A stretch of DNA of 51,598 nt from Thermodesulfobacteriota bacterium (GCA_036381125.1 DASVDK010000154.1:1-51598); one strand, 5' to 3'. Positions 40,665-50,416 are shown, counted from the stretch's first letter. Program-made: numbers and translations. Notes: generated by a model not told the origin, from the sequence alone.

Positions 40665-42035
40665 ATGTTCTTCCGGCGGTTCTGGACCATCCTCGGCATC
40701 GTCCTGGCGGTCGCGGCCTACGTCCGGCTCGACACGCTCAACACCGCCGTCGTCGAGTTCGTGTACTGGCCGGGGCGCTCGGTGACCGCCTCCGTCACCG
40801 ACCTCGTCGCGGGCGCCTTCGCCGTCGGCCTCGTCGTCGCCCTCGTGATCGGCTTCCTGCGCGAGGCGCGGCGGGCGCTGCGCCATCTGCGCGAGGCGAG
40901 GCGCAGCAAGCGGATCGAGGTGTCGCGCGACCTCTACCACCAGGGGTTGCACCACATCCTCCTCGGCAACCACGACAAGGCCCGGGCGCTCCTCACCCAG
41001 TCGCTCGAGAAGGACCCCACCAAGCCGAACGTGTACATCCGGCTCGCCGACCTCGCCGCGCAGGACGACGACTTCGCCACCGCGGTGCAGATGCTGCAAC
41101 GGGCGCGGCTCGTCGACGAGCAGAACCTCGAGGCGCGCTTCAAGCTCGCCCACTACCTGCGCGCCTCCGGCGACGTCCGGGGCGGGGCGCAGGTCCTCGA
41201 GCAGGTCCTCGAGCTGGACGCCACCAACCGCACGGCGCTCAGGGAGCTGCGCGAGCTGTACGTGGAGCTCAAGGACTGGGAGAAGGCGCACCGCGTGCAG
41301 CGCGACCTCGCCAGGCTCTCGCAGAACGACCGCTCGTCGGCCGGCCAGCAGGCGATGCTCCTCGGCCTCAAGTACGAGCTGGCCCGCTCGCTGATGGAGC
41401 AGGGACAGCAGGAGCGAGCCGAGAAGCTCCTGCGGGAGATCGTGAAGGCCGACCCGAGCTTCCGCCCGGGTCAGGTGGCGCTGGGCGACCTCCTCTACGC
41501 GCAGGGCGACAGCGAGGGGGCGGCCGAGGTCTGGCACGGCGCCTTCAAGCAGTCGGGCGACGTGGTCTTCCTCGCGCGCCTCGAGGAGATGTACCTCGCC
41601 GAGGCCGACCCGGGGAAGATCCTCGCCCTTTACCGCCAGGCCGTGGCGGAGTCGCCCGACGACCTCCGCCTGCGCCTCTTCTACGGTCGGCTCTGCCTCC
41701 GGCTCGAGATGGTGGAGGAGGCGCTCGACGCGCTGCGCTACGTCGAGGCCGCGGGCGTCGACACCCACGACCTCCACGTCCTCCTCGCCGAGGCCCACCG
41801 TCGTCGGGAGCGGTTCGCGGAGTCGGTCGAGGAGTTCAAGCGCGCGTTGAACCTGGGTGGTCGCCTGGAGATCCCGTACGTGTGCGGGCGGTGCCTCGCC
41901 GAATCGCCCGTCTGGGCGGCCCGCTGTCCCTCCTGCGGCTCCTGGGACAGCCTCGAGATGCGCGGGCGCGCCGAGCTCGAGCTGGCCCGGACCTCGGTCA
42001 GCGCGCTCCCCTCGCGCGTGTACCACGACATCTGA
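40665..42035 (+). CDS. LapB-like TPR protein with LapA-like N-terminal TM pair and C-terminal rubredoxin-type motif
   Basis: Two TM segments, TPRs, YVCGRC..WAARCPSCGSWDS. Confidence 0.75.
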   Translation: MFFRRFWTILGIVLAVAAYVRLDTLNTAVVEFVYWPGRSVTASVTDLVAGAFAVGLVVALVIGFLREARRALRHLREARRSKRIEVSRDLYHQGLHHILLGNHDKARALLTQSLEKDPTKPNVYIRLADLAAQDDDFATAVQMLQRARLVDEQNLEARFKLAHYLRASGDVRGGAQVLEQVLELDATNRTALRELRELYVELKDWEKAHRVQRDLARLSQNDRSSAGQQAMLLGLKYELARSLMEQGQQERAEKLLREIVKADPSFRPGQVALGDLLYAQGDSEGAAEVWHGAFKQSGDVVFLARLEEMYLAEADPGKILALYRQAVAESPDDLRLRLFYGRLCLRLEMVEEALDALRYVEAAGVDTHDLHVLLAEAHRRRERFAESVEEFKRALNLGGRLEIPYVCGRCLAESPVWAARCPSCGSWDSLEMRGRAELELARTSVSALPSRVYHDI

Positions 42036-42139
42036 GGCACGCGACCGGGGACGAGAACCCGACGGCCCCGATCCCGTACCGGTGGAAAAGCTCAAAGGTA
42101 GAGGCCTGACCCCACCGGGAACCGGCTACAATCGTCGCC

Positions 42140-43699
42140 ATGTCCGACATCACGGCGCCGACGCTCCTCATCGTGCTCGACGGCTTCGGGATCAACCCGC
42201 GCCGGGACCACAACGCCATCGCCCTCGCCCGCACGCCCGTCTGGGACGACCTGCTCGCCCGCTACCCGCATACGCGGCTCGAGGCGAGCGGGCTTGCCGT
42301 GGGGCTTCCGGCCGGCCAGATGGGCAACTCCGAGGTCGGGCACACGACGCTCGGCGCCGGCCGCGTCGTCTACCAGGACATCGTCCGCATCGGCGCCGCG
42401 ATCGACGACGGCAGCTTCTTCTCGAACCGGGCGCTCGTCGGCGCCGTCGACGCCGCGAAGGCGGCCGGCGGGACGCTCCACGTGATGGGGCTCGTCTCCG
42501 ACGGCGGCGTGCACAGCCTCCAGGCGCACGCGCTCGCCGTGATCGACCTGGCGGTGCGACGCGGGTTGGACCGCATCCAGGTGCACGCCTTCCTCGACGG
42601 CCGCGACGTGCCGCCGAAGTCGGCCCTCGGCTACGTCCGCGCGCTCGAGGCGGAGATCCGCGCGAAGGGGTGGCCGGCGCGCGTGGCCAGCGTCTCGGGA
42701 CGCTACTACGCCATGGACCGCGACAAGCGCTGGGAGCGGGTCGCCCGCGCCTGGCAGGCCGTGGTCCTGGCCGAGGCGCCGCGCGTCGCCTCCGCCGAGC
42801 AGGCGATCACCGCCGCCTACGACGCCGGCGTCACCGACGAGTTCGTCGAGCCGGTCGACGTGGAGGGGGCGCGGCCGATCCTCGACGGCGACGCCGTCGT
42901 CTTCTTCAACTTCCGCCCCGACCGGGCGCGGCAGCTCACGCGCGCGCTCGTCGACCCCGACTTCGACGGCTTCGATCGCGGGCGGGTCCCGAGGCTCTCG
43001 GCCTTCGTCGGCATGACGCAGTACGACGCCACGTTCGACGAGCTGGGCGTCGCCGTCGCCTTCCCGCCCCAGACGACGCGCGAGCACCTCGGCGAGATCG
43101 TGAGCCGGCTCGCCCGGCCGCAGCTTCGGATCGCCGAGACCGAGAAGTACGCGCACGTGACCTACTTCTTCTCCTGCGGCGAGGAGACGCCGCTGCCGGG
43201 CGAGGAGCGCTGCCTCGTCCCGTCCGACCGCTCCGTGGCCACGTACGACCTCAAGCCCGAGATGAGCGCGGTCGGGATCACCGACGAGGCGATCGCGCGC
43301 ATCGCCCGCAACGACTACGGCCTCGTCGTCTGCAACTACGCCAACGCCGACATGGTCGGGCACACCGGCAACCTCGAGGCGACCATCCGGGCGATCGAGG
43401 CGATCGACGCCGCCCTCGGGCGGCTGATCCCCGCCATGCTGAGACGAGGGGGCCGGGTGCTCGTCACCGCCGACCACGGCAACGCCGAGCAGATGATCGA
43501 CTACGAGACCGGCCAGCCGCACACGGCGCACACCACGAACCCGGTCCCGCTCGTCCTGGTGGACGAGCGCCGCCGCGGCGCGCGGCTCGACGAGGGGGCG
43601 CTGGCCGACGTGGCGCCGACGATCCTCGACCTGGCCGGCATCGAGGCCCCGGCGGCGATGACCGGCAGGAGCCTGCTGCGCGCCCGCCGAGCACGATGA
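42140..43699 (+). CDS. gpmI: 2,3-bisphosphoglycerate-independent phosphoglycerate mutase
   Basis: GQMGNSEVGH, GRYYAMDRD, AETEKYAHVTYFF, DMVGHTG, TADHGN. Confidence 0.98.
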   Translation: MSDITAPTLLIVLDGFGINPRRDHNAIALARTPVWDDLLARYPHTRLEASGLAVGLPAGQMGNSEVGHTTLGAGRVVYQDIVRIGAAIDDGSFFSNRALVGAVDAAKAAGGTLHVMGLVSDGGVHSLQAHALAVIDLAVRRGLDRIQVHAFLDGRDVPPKSALGYVRALEAEIRAKGWPARVASVSGRYYAMDRDKRWERVARAWQAVVLAEAPRVASAEQAITAAYDAGVTDEFVEPVDVEGARPILDGDAVVFFNFRPDRARQLTRALVDPDFDGFDRGRVPRLSAFVGMTQYDATFDELGVAVAFPPQTTREHLGEIVSRLARPQLRIAETEKYAHVTYFFSCGEETPLPGEERCLVPSDRSVATYDLKPEMSAVGITDEAIARIARNDYGLVVCNYANADMVGHTGNLEATIRAIEAIDAALGRLIPAMLRRGGRVLVTADHGNAEQMIDYETGQPHTAHTTNPVPLVLVDERRRGARLDEGALADVAPTILDLAGIEAPAAMTGRSLLRARRAR

Positions 43700-44634
43700 A
43701 GGTCCTCGTCTACAACCGCATGGCGAAGCAGTACCGCTCCGCCCTCGCCGAACGCGCCCCCGAGCTGACCGTGGTCGCCGGCTACGACGAGGCGCTCCTC
43801 CGCGAGCACATCGGCGACGCCGACGTCCTCCTCACCTTCCGCTTCCCCACCGAGTACCTCGCGCAGGCGAAGCGGCTCCGGTGGATCCAGCTCACGAGCG
43901 CCGGGGCCGAGCAGGTGCTCGCGGCGCCGCAGTTGCGGCGCGACGTCGTCGTCACGAACACGCGGGGGATCCACGGCGACGTGATGGCGGAGTACGCGGC
44001 GGCGGTGATGCTGGCCCTCCGGTGGCGGCTGCCGGCGCTCGTCCGCGATCAGCAGGCGCGGCGCTGGCGGCCTGCGCTGGTGCGTCCGCTCGCCGGCGCC
44101 ACGCTCGGCGTGGTCGGGCTCGGTGCCATCGGCGGCGCCATCGCCCGGCAGGGGGCGAGCCTCGGCATGCGCGTGCTCGGCGTCAGGCGCACGCCGGCGC
44201 CGGTCGACGGCGTGGAGCGGGTCTACGGCCCGGACGGCCTCCTCGAGATGCTCCCCGAGTGCGACTTCGTGGTGCTCGTCGTCCCGACGACGAGCGAGAC
44301 GACGCGGATGATCGGCGCGGCGGAACTCGCGGCCATGAAGCCGACCGCCTGCCTGGTGAACGTGGCCCGCGGCAGCGTCGTCGACGAGGCGGCGCTCGTC
44401 GCCGCGCTGCGCGAGGGGCGCCTCGGCGGAGCGGCCCTCGACGTGTTCGACGAGGAGCCGCTGCCCCCCGGGAGCCCGTTCTGGGATCTCGAGAACGTCC
44501 TCGTCACGCCGCACATCTCGGGCATGCCGGTCGACTACTGGCAGCGGGTCCTCGACGTCTTCCTCGACAACGTCGCGCGCTGGCGCGCGGGCCAGCCGCT
44601 CCGCAACCGGGTCGATCCCGAACGGGGCTACTGA
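43696..44634 (+). CDS. D-2-hydroxyacid dehydrogenase
   Basis: GLGAIG, NVARG, LDVFDEEPL, TPHISG. Confidence 0.93.
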   Translation: MKVLVYNRMAKQYRSALAERAPELTVVAGYDEALLREHIGDADVLLTFRFPTEYLAQAKRLRWIQLTSAGAEQVLAAPQLRRDVVVTNTRGIHGDVMAEYAAAVMLALRWRLPALVRDQQARRWRPALVRPLAGATLGVVGLGAIGGAIARQGASLGMRVLGVRRTPAPVDGVERVYGPDGLLEMLPECDFVVLVVPTTSETTRMIGAAELAAMKPTACLVNVARGSVVDEAALVAALREGRLGGAALDVFDEEPLPPGSPFWDLENVLVTPHISGMPVDYWQRVLDVFLDNVARWRAGQPLRNRVDPERGY

Positions 44635-44700
44635 GCGCTGCTACACTGAGCGGCGCGTACCGGTCGCCCGTCCCGCCGCCGGTCGGCGGCGGAGTGCGTC

Positions 44701-45366
44701 ATGGCGACCGATCTCCTCGTCGGGCTGCTCGACTTCCTCCTTCCCCGCGCCTGCGCCCTCTGCGGCGAGGGCCTGAGCGGCCCCCCGCAGGACGAGGCCC
44801 TCTGCCCCGCCTGCCTCCGCGCGATCGGGCCGGCGGGCCCCATACTCCCGCCGCCGGCGCCCCTCGCCGCGGCCGGCGCGGCCGGGCCGTTCGACGGGCC
44901 GCTGCGCACGGCGGTCCACCTGTTCAAGTACGCCGGCAGAGGGGACCTGGCCGGCTCGCTCGGCCGACGCCTGGCCCGCGCGCTCCCCGAGGCGCTGCCG
45001 GCGCTCGCGAGCGAGCGCGACCTGGTCGTCGTGCCGGTCCCCCTCCACCTCGCGCGGCAGGTCGACCGCGGCTTCAACCAGGCCGCCCGGCTCGCCCTGC
45101 CGGTGGCTCGCGCCCTCGGCGCGCCGGTCGCGGCCGGCGCCCTGGTCCGGCAACGCGACACCCCGCCCCAGACCGCACGGGACGCCGCGGGCCGCCGGGC
45201 GAACGTCCGGGGCGCGTTCGCGGTCCGGCATCCGGTGACCGGCACGGCGCTCCTCGTCGACGACGTGGTGACGACGGGAGCGACCGCGGCGGCCTGTGCC
45301 GAGGCGCTTCTCGACGCGGGGACCCGCCGCGTGCTCCTCGCCGCGCTCGCCCGCGCAGGCAGGTAG
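44701..45366 (+). CDS. comF: ComF family phosphoribosyltransferase-like protein
   Basis: CALC..CPAC, VPVPLH, RGFNQA, LVDDVVTTGAT. Confidence 0.9.
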   Translation: MATDLLVGLLDFLLPRACALCGEGLSGPPQDEALCPACLRAIGPAGPILPPPAPLAAAGAAGPFDGPLRTAVHLFKYAGRGDLAGSLGRRLARALPEALPALASERDLVVVPVPLHLARQVDRGFNQAARLALPVARALGAPVAAGALVRQRDTPPQTARDAAGRRANVRGAFAVRHPVTGTALLVDDVVTTGATAAACAEALLDAGTRRVLLAALARAGR

Positions 45367-45421
45367 CGCAGGTAGCGCGGACGCGCCCCCGCCAAGCGGG
45401 GCCCGGGCGGCACGCGAAAAC

Positions 45422-45571
45422 TGGAAAACGTTGGGGTCTGACCCCACTCGTTTTCCATGGGGTCAGGTCTTTCCATTTTCCACGGGGTCAGGTCTTTCCA
45501 TTTTCCAGACAGGAGGACGGAAAACGTTGGGGCCTGATCCCGCTCGTTCTCCATGGGGGGCAGCCGACCCG
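45422..45571. repeat. Composite intergenic repeat, copy B: hairpin, two 25-bp units, degenerate hairpin, tail
   Basis: TGGAAAACG-TT-GGGGTC-T-GACCCC-ACT-CGTTTTCCA 45422-45457; units 45458-45482 and 45483-45507; same GACAGG linker and tail as copy A. Confidence 0.9.
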
Positions 45572-45679
45572 CGCCGTGCCTCACTCCACCGGGACCCGGT
45601 CTGGCCCGGAGTTCCGGCAGAGCGGTGCCCGGGCGGTACGCGGAAACCTGGGCCGATTCGCGACCGCCCGAGAGGTAGG

Positions 45680-46234
45680 CTACCCGGGGAAGCCGGGCCG
45701 GCGTCTCACCTGGGCGATCTGGTCGGCGTGGGTCCGGTCGTGCGACCCCACGAGCTCGACCCACTGATACAGCGTGAGCACGCCGAAGAGCGGATGGGGG
45801 CAGGTGAGCCGGCGCAGGAGGTCCGGATCGAGCGCCTCGAAGGCGGCCCGTGACACGGCGGCGCCCCGCTCCAGCTCGAGCACGAGGTCACCCACCGCGC
45901 GGCCCCGCGTCGGGGTGACGATCTCGGGGTGCCTGAGGGGCGCGGTCGCCGGCGTACCACGCCGAGCGGCCAGCTCGGCAAAGGGGAGCGCCCGCTCGGC
46001 GTCCGGCATCGGCTCGAAGCGCTTCCCGGCGGCGTGGCGCGCCACGGAGCGCTCGACGGCGGTGCGCATGGACTCCTCGGCGAGGATCACGTGGTGGGCC
46101 ACCTCGCCGATCGACCAGTCGTCCGGTCCGGGGCGCCAATCGGCCGCCGACTGCGACAGTCCTTCGACGAGGGCGACGAGGCGGCGGCGCTCCGCCGCGT
46201 TGGTGTCGAGGACGTCCACGAAGCGGCTGGCCAT
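45680..46234 (-). CDS. DinB family protein
   Basis: WSIGEVAHH, HPLFG, HDRTH metal-binding pattern. Confidence 0.85.
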   Translation of the reverse strand: MASRFVDVLDTNAAERRRLVALVEGLSQSAADWRPGPDDWSIGEVAHHVILAEESMRTAVERSVARHAAGKRFEPMPDAERALPFAELAARRGTPATAPLRHPEIVTPTRGRAVGDLVLELERGAAVSRAAFEALDPDLLRRLTCPHPLFGVLTLYQWVELVGSHDRTHADQIAQVRRRPGFPG

Positions 46235-46317
46235 TCCAGGATCGTAGGCTGGTCGTCGAACGGGTGTCAAGGCACGGAGCGCGGGACCCCGTCCCTGCTC
46301 CGGTGGAGGCGCAGACG

Positions 46318-47196
46318 ATGCGCGTGGCGTTCGTGGGGCTCGGCGCCATGGGGGCGCCGATGGTGCGCCGGCTCCTGGCCGCGGGGCACGAGGTTGCCGT
46401 GTTCGACGTGCGGCCGGAGGCGGTCGCCGAAGCGGTCGAGGCGGGAGCCGAGGGCGCGGACACGCCCGCGGCGGCCGCCGAGGGGGCGGCCGCGGCGATC
46501 GTCATGGTGATCGATGCCGGGCAGGTGAGCGCGGTCCTCGAGGGCCCCAGGGGGCTCCTCGCCGGGCTCGCACCCGAGTCGGTGGTCGTGGTCATGAGCA
46601 CGGTCGGCCCCGAGGCGGCCCGGCGGTTCGCCGAGGCTTGCCGCAGCCGCGGGATCGCCTACGTGGACGCGCCGGTGTCCGGGGGGCCGGGCGCCGCGGA
46701 TGCCGGCTCCCTGGCCGCCATCATCGGAGGCGAGGCGTCGGGCGTCGAGCGGGTCCGCCCGCTCCTCGCCGTGCTCTGCCGCAAGCTCTACCAGGTGGGC
46801 CCGCGCCCCGGCGACGGCCAGGCCGTGAAGCTCGTGAACCAGCTCCTCGTCGGCGTCGGCGCCGCGGCGGTCGGCGAGGCGTTCGCGCTGGCCGACCGGA
46901 TGGGCCTCGACCAGGGCGTGCTCCTCGAGGTCCTCACGCACGGATCGGGGGACTCGTGGGTGCTCCGGACGTTCGGCGCGGCGGCCGCCGCCGGCAAGCC
47001 GGACCGCCAGGACGTGCTGCCGATCCTCAGCAAGGACCTCGGCCTGGTCCTCGAGCGCGGGCTCGACCTCGGGCTCCCCCTGCCGCTCGCCTCGGCCGCG
47101 CTCGCGCGCTTCCTCGACCTCGCCGACGCGGGCGCCGGCGCGTCCACGCTCGACGCCGTGGCCCGGGTCCTGGGACACACCGCCGGCGAGGGGTGA
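46318..47196 (+). CDS. NAD(P)-dependent beta-hydroxyacid dehydrogenase (3-HIBADH family)
   Basis: GLGAMG, DAPVSGG, KLVNQ, KDL. Confidence 0.92.
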   Translation: MRVAFVGLGAMGAPMVRRLLAAGHEVAVFDVRPEAVAEAVEAGAEGADTPAAAAEGAAAAIVMVIDAGQVSAVLEGPRGLLAGLAPESVVVVMSTVGPEAARRFAEACRSRGIAYVDAPVSGGPGAADAGSLAAIIGGEASGVERVRPLLAVLCRKLYQVGPRPGDGQAVKLVNQLLVGVGAAAVGEAFALADRMGLDQGVLLEVLTHGSGDSWVLRTFGAAAAAGKPDRQDVLPILSKDLGLVLERGLDLGLPLPLASAALARFLDLADAGAGASTLDAVARVLGHTAGEG

Positions 47197-47198
47197 GG

Positions 47199-47660
47199 TC
47201 AGGCCGCGTCGGGACCGGGCGCCGGCGGCGAGCGCCGGCGCCACCGCGCCACCACCCCGACCGCGATCGCCGCCCCCCCGGCCAGCACGTTCGAGGTCAC
47301 GAGCGCGTCGCTCGCGACGCGCACGACCACCATCGAGCGCGCGGAGACGCGGTCGAACCCGGCGGACTCGGGGAGCTGCGCCTCGATCGAGAAGACCGGC
47401 GTGAGGACGACCATGGGCGTAGCCACGAGGGCGATGGCGAGCGCGGCGACGGCCCGGACGGCGCGGAGCAGCAGGTGGCGCCCGCGGCCGAGGTCGCGCT
47501 CGAGCCTGACCCAGAGGACGAGGTAGCCGACGAGGAGCCCGACGAGGGCGATGCGGTAGGGGACGGGCGCGAGAGAGCCGACGAGCGCGGAGGCGACGAG
47601 GAGCACCAGGAGGACGACGGCGCCGAGGTTGACGCCGGCGAGAAGGAGGATCGGCTTCAT
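47199..47660 (-). CDS. Hypothetical membrane protein (~4 TM)
   Basis: MKPILLLAGVNLGAVVLL...; ATG overlaps upstream TGA. Confidence 0.65.
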   Translation of the reverse strand: MKPILLLAGVNLGAVVLLVLLVASALVGSLAPVPYRIALVGLLVGYLVLWVRLERDLGRGRHLLLRAVRAVAALAIALVATPMVVLTPVFSIEAQLPESAGFDRVSARSMVVVRVASDALVTSNVLAGGAAIAVGVVARWRRRSPPAPGPDAA

Positions 47661-47938
47661 CGCGGCGTGAGCGGGACGGCGAGCGCCGTGAAGAGGAGCC
47701 AGCCGGCGACGAGAACGCCCATGGTGAGCGCCCGCAGCCTGGGCTCCGGCGTCCCGGGCGGGACGAAACGGCGGACCGCGCCGGTGAGCGGCGACGTGAC
47801 GAGGGCGAAGAAGCCGAGGACCTTGCTGTCCGGCCTCGTGACGAGCCGCGCCGCGAGCATGTGGAGCCCGAGGTAGACGATCCCCATGAACGCGAGGAAC
47901 TTGAGGAACACGAGGAGCGTGTAGAGGGCCTGAGCCAT
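47657..47938 (-). CDS. Small membrane protein
   Basis: Hydrophobic ~93 aa; FFALVTSPL..VRRFVP weakly YggT-like. Confidence 0.6.
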   Translation of the reverse strand: MAQALYTLLVFLKFLAFMGIVYLGLHMLAARLVTRPDSKVLGFFALVTSPLTGAVRRFVPPGTPEPRLRALTMGVLVAGWLLFTALAVPLTPR

Positions 47939-47989
47939 GGACAACGACCCGGCCGGGGGCCGTGGGGCCCCCGGCCGCGGTCCGGCGCC

Positions 47990-49915
47990 TCAGTGAGCCG
48001 GGGCCGTCTTGCCGAAGCCCTTCGTGGGCTCGACGGCCTGCCCCGACTTCGGGTAGCGGACGCTGACGACGAAGTCCTGCAGCTCCTTCGACGGCGCCGG
48101 CGTCAGGAGCGAGACGATCCAGATGGTGAGGAAGCCGAGCGGCATGCCGAAGATGGCCGAGGCGATCGTCGCCGTGCCGAACCAGGACACGCCGTAGAAC
48201 CGGCTGCCGATCATGTAGTACAGCGTGACGCCGAGGCCGACGAGCATTCCGGCGACGGCGCCCGGCTTGTTGGCCCGCTTCCACCAGATGCCCATGACGA
48301 GCGCCGGGAAGAACGAGGCCGCCGCGAGGCTGAACGCCCACGCCACCAGCTCGACGATGATGGCCACGCGGAACGTCGCGACCCACGCCGAGATGAGCGC
48401 GGTGACGATGAGGAGGACCTTGGTGATCGTGAGGCGCTTCACCAGCGACGCGTTCCGGTCGATGACGTTGTAGTAGAGGTCGTGCGAGAACGCGTTGGCG
48501 ATCGTGAGCAGCAGGCCGTCCGCCGTGGAGAGCGCCGCGGCGAGACCGCCGGCCATGACGAGGCCGGTGATGACGAACGGCAGCCCCGCGATCTCCGGCG
48601 TCGCGAGCACGACGAAGTCGCTGCTCTTCACGACGAAGTCGGCGAAGTTGATGATCCCGTCGCCCGCCTTGTCGACGATGTCGAAGAGCCCCGCCGGCTG
48701 CCAGAGGCTCACCCACCTCGGGATCTCGGAGATGCTCCGGCCGACGAGCTTGTCGTACACCTCGAACCGCGCGAAGGCGGCATACGCGGGCGCCGTGAAG
48801 TAGAGGAGGAAGATGAAGAAGAGCGACCAGGCGACCGAGGTGCGCGCCTCGCGCACCGAGGGCGTCGTGTAGTACCGGGTGAGGATGTGGGGAAGCCCCG
48901 CCGTACCCACCATGAGGCAGAGGGTGAGCGCGAGGAAGTTCCACATGCCGGTCCCGGACGGCACCGTGAGGTAGTTGCCGAGCGTGGCCGTCTCGCTCGG
49001 CGCCGGGGCCTTGGCCTGCTGGAGGGCGAGCCGGCGCTGCGCCGCGATCGCGGTCTTCTCGCTCTCCGAGAGGCTCGGGTCGCTCAACCTGGCGGCCGCG
49101 GCGTCCGCCTCCGCCTGCCAGAGCGCCCGGGTCTGCTTCTCCGTCGGGTCCGCCGTCACCTGGATGGCCCGGGTGTTGTTGCTCTGGAGGACTCGGCCGT
49201 AGGTGAGCTGCGGGAAGGGGACGCCGAAGAGCGTGTACGACAGGTACACGACCGGCACCAGGTACGAGATGATCAGGATGATGTACTGGGCGACCTGCGT
49301 CCACGTCACCGACCGCATTCCGCCGAGGACCGAGCAGAAGAGCACGCCGATCAGGCCGACGAAGACGCCGATGTTGAAGTCGAGGCCGATGAAGCGGGAG
49401 ACGATGATGCCGACGCCCGTGACCTGCGCGATCAGGTAGGTGAAGGAGCAGGCGATGGCGGCCACGACCCCGATCACCCGCGGCGTGGCCCCGCCGTACC
49501 GCGCGGACAGGAAGTCCGGGATCGTGTAGGCGCCGAACTGGCGCAGGTAGGGACCGAGGAGGACGGCGAGCAGCAGATAGCCGCCGGTCCAGCCCATGAC
49601 GTAGGCAAGGCCCGAGAAGCCCTGCACCGAGAGCGACCCCGCCATCGAGATGAAGGAGGCCGCCGACATCCAGTCCGACCCGGTCGCCATGCCGTTGAAG
49701 ACGGCCGGCACGCCCCGCCCGGCCACGTAGTACTGATCCGCCTCGCTCGTCCGCGTGATGATCCCGATGACGATGTAGATCCCGAGCGAGAGGGCCATGA
49801 AGAGCCAGCCGATCCACCGGTTCGGCAGGCCGGCGAACCGCTCGAGGAGGCCGATCAGGACGGTGACGCCGATGAACGCGACCGTGTAGAGCGCGAAGAT
49901 CTTCCGGAGGTTCAT
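47990..49915 (-). CDS. Sodium:solute symporter, ActP-like
   Basis: NGMATGSDWMSAASF, GTAGLPHILTRYYT, AAALSTADGLLL. Confidence 0.93.
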   Translation of the reverse strand: MNLRKIFALYTVAFIGVTVLIGLLERFAGLPNRWIGWLFMALSLGIYIVIGIITRTSEADQYYVAGRGVPAVFNGMATGSDWMSAASFISMAGSLSVQGFSGLAYVMGWTGGYLLLAVLLGPYLRQFGAYTIPDFLSARYGGATPRVIGVVAAIACSFTYLIAQVTGVGIIVSRFIGLDFNIGVFVGLIGVLFCSVLGGMRSVTWTQVAQYIILIISYLVPVVYLSYTLFGVPFPQLTYGRVLQSNNTRAIQVTADPTEKQTRALWQAEADAAAARLSDPSLSESEKTAIAAQRRLALQQAKAPAPSETATLGNYLTVPSGTGMWNFLALTLCLMVGTAGLPHILTRYYTTPSVREARTSVAWSLFFIFLLYFTAPAYAAFARFEVYDKLVGRSISEIPRWVSLWQPAGLFDIVDKAGDGIINFADFVVKSSDFVVLATPEIAGLPFVITGLVMAGGLAAALSTADGLLLTIANAFSHDLYYNVIDRNASLVKRLTITKVLLIVTALISAWVATFRVAIIVELVAWAFSLAAASFFPALVMGIWWKRANKPGAVAGMLVGLGVTLYYMIGSRFYGVSWFGTATIASAIFGMPLGFLTIWIVSLLTPAPSKELQDFVVSVRYPKSGQAVEPTKGFGKTAPAH

Positions 49916-50187
49916 GGCCGCTTCTCCTCGTAGATGCCCATCTCCCGGTCCTTCTTGTTCATGAGACGCGCGTAGACCGCGATCTCCACGACGAAGACGA
50001 TGAGCGCCCCCTGCGCGGCCATGTAGTAGCCGAGCGGGAACCCGAGGAAGGAGTACCGATTGAGTGCACCGGCCCAGAGACCCGAGATGAGGTAGGCGAC
50101 GACGAACCAGATGACGAGAAGGATCGTGGTGAGACGAATGTTGTATCGCCAGTACTCTTGCTTCTGCTGCTCGGTGAGATCGGCCAT
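49912..50187 (-). CDS. DUF4212-like symporter small subunit
   Basis: YWRYNIRL..GFPLGYYMAAQG; coupled to the SSS gene; GGAGG RBS. Confidence 0.88.
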   Translation of the reverse strand: MADLTEQQKQEYWRYNIRLTTILLVIWFVVAYLISGLWAGALNRYSFLGFPLGYYMAAQGALIVFVVEIAVYARLMNKKDREMGIYEEKRP

Positions 50188-50255
50188 CCCAACCTCCGTG
50201 CCCCTGTCCGGGCCTCCGGCGGCGCACGGGACCGCACGCACATCGGTGCCTCGGA

Positions 50256-50343
50256 GTATGTAAAACTGTATTCCTGTATATAGAACTGTATTCTATCGGG
50301 CGGCTGATCTGGGACTCTAATCGGATCGGCAGGAACGTGTCAA
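50256..50343 (-). promoter_or_regulatory. Promoter plus tandem 18-bp operator-like direct repeats
   Basis: TTGACA-18-TAGAGT (50343-50314); GTATGTAAAACTGTATTC at 50256 and GTATATAGAACTGTATTC at 50276. Confidence 0.6.
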
Positions 50344-50416
50344 GCCGTGGGGCAGCGACGCCCGGAGGGCCTCGGGGTACGGATCTTCTGGAATCGCGGC
50401 GGAAGCGCGGCTCGTC

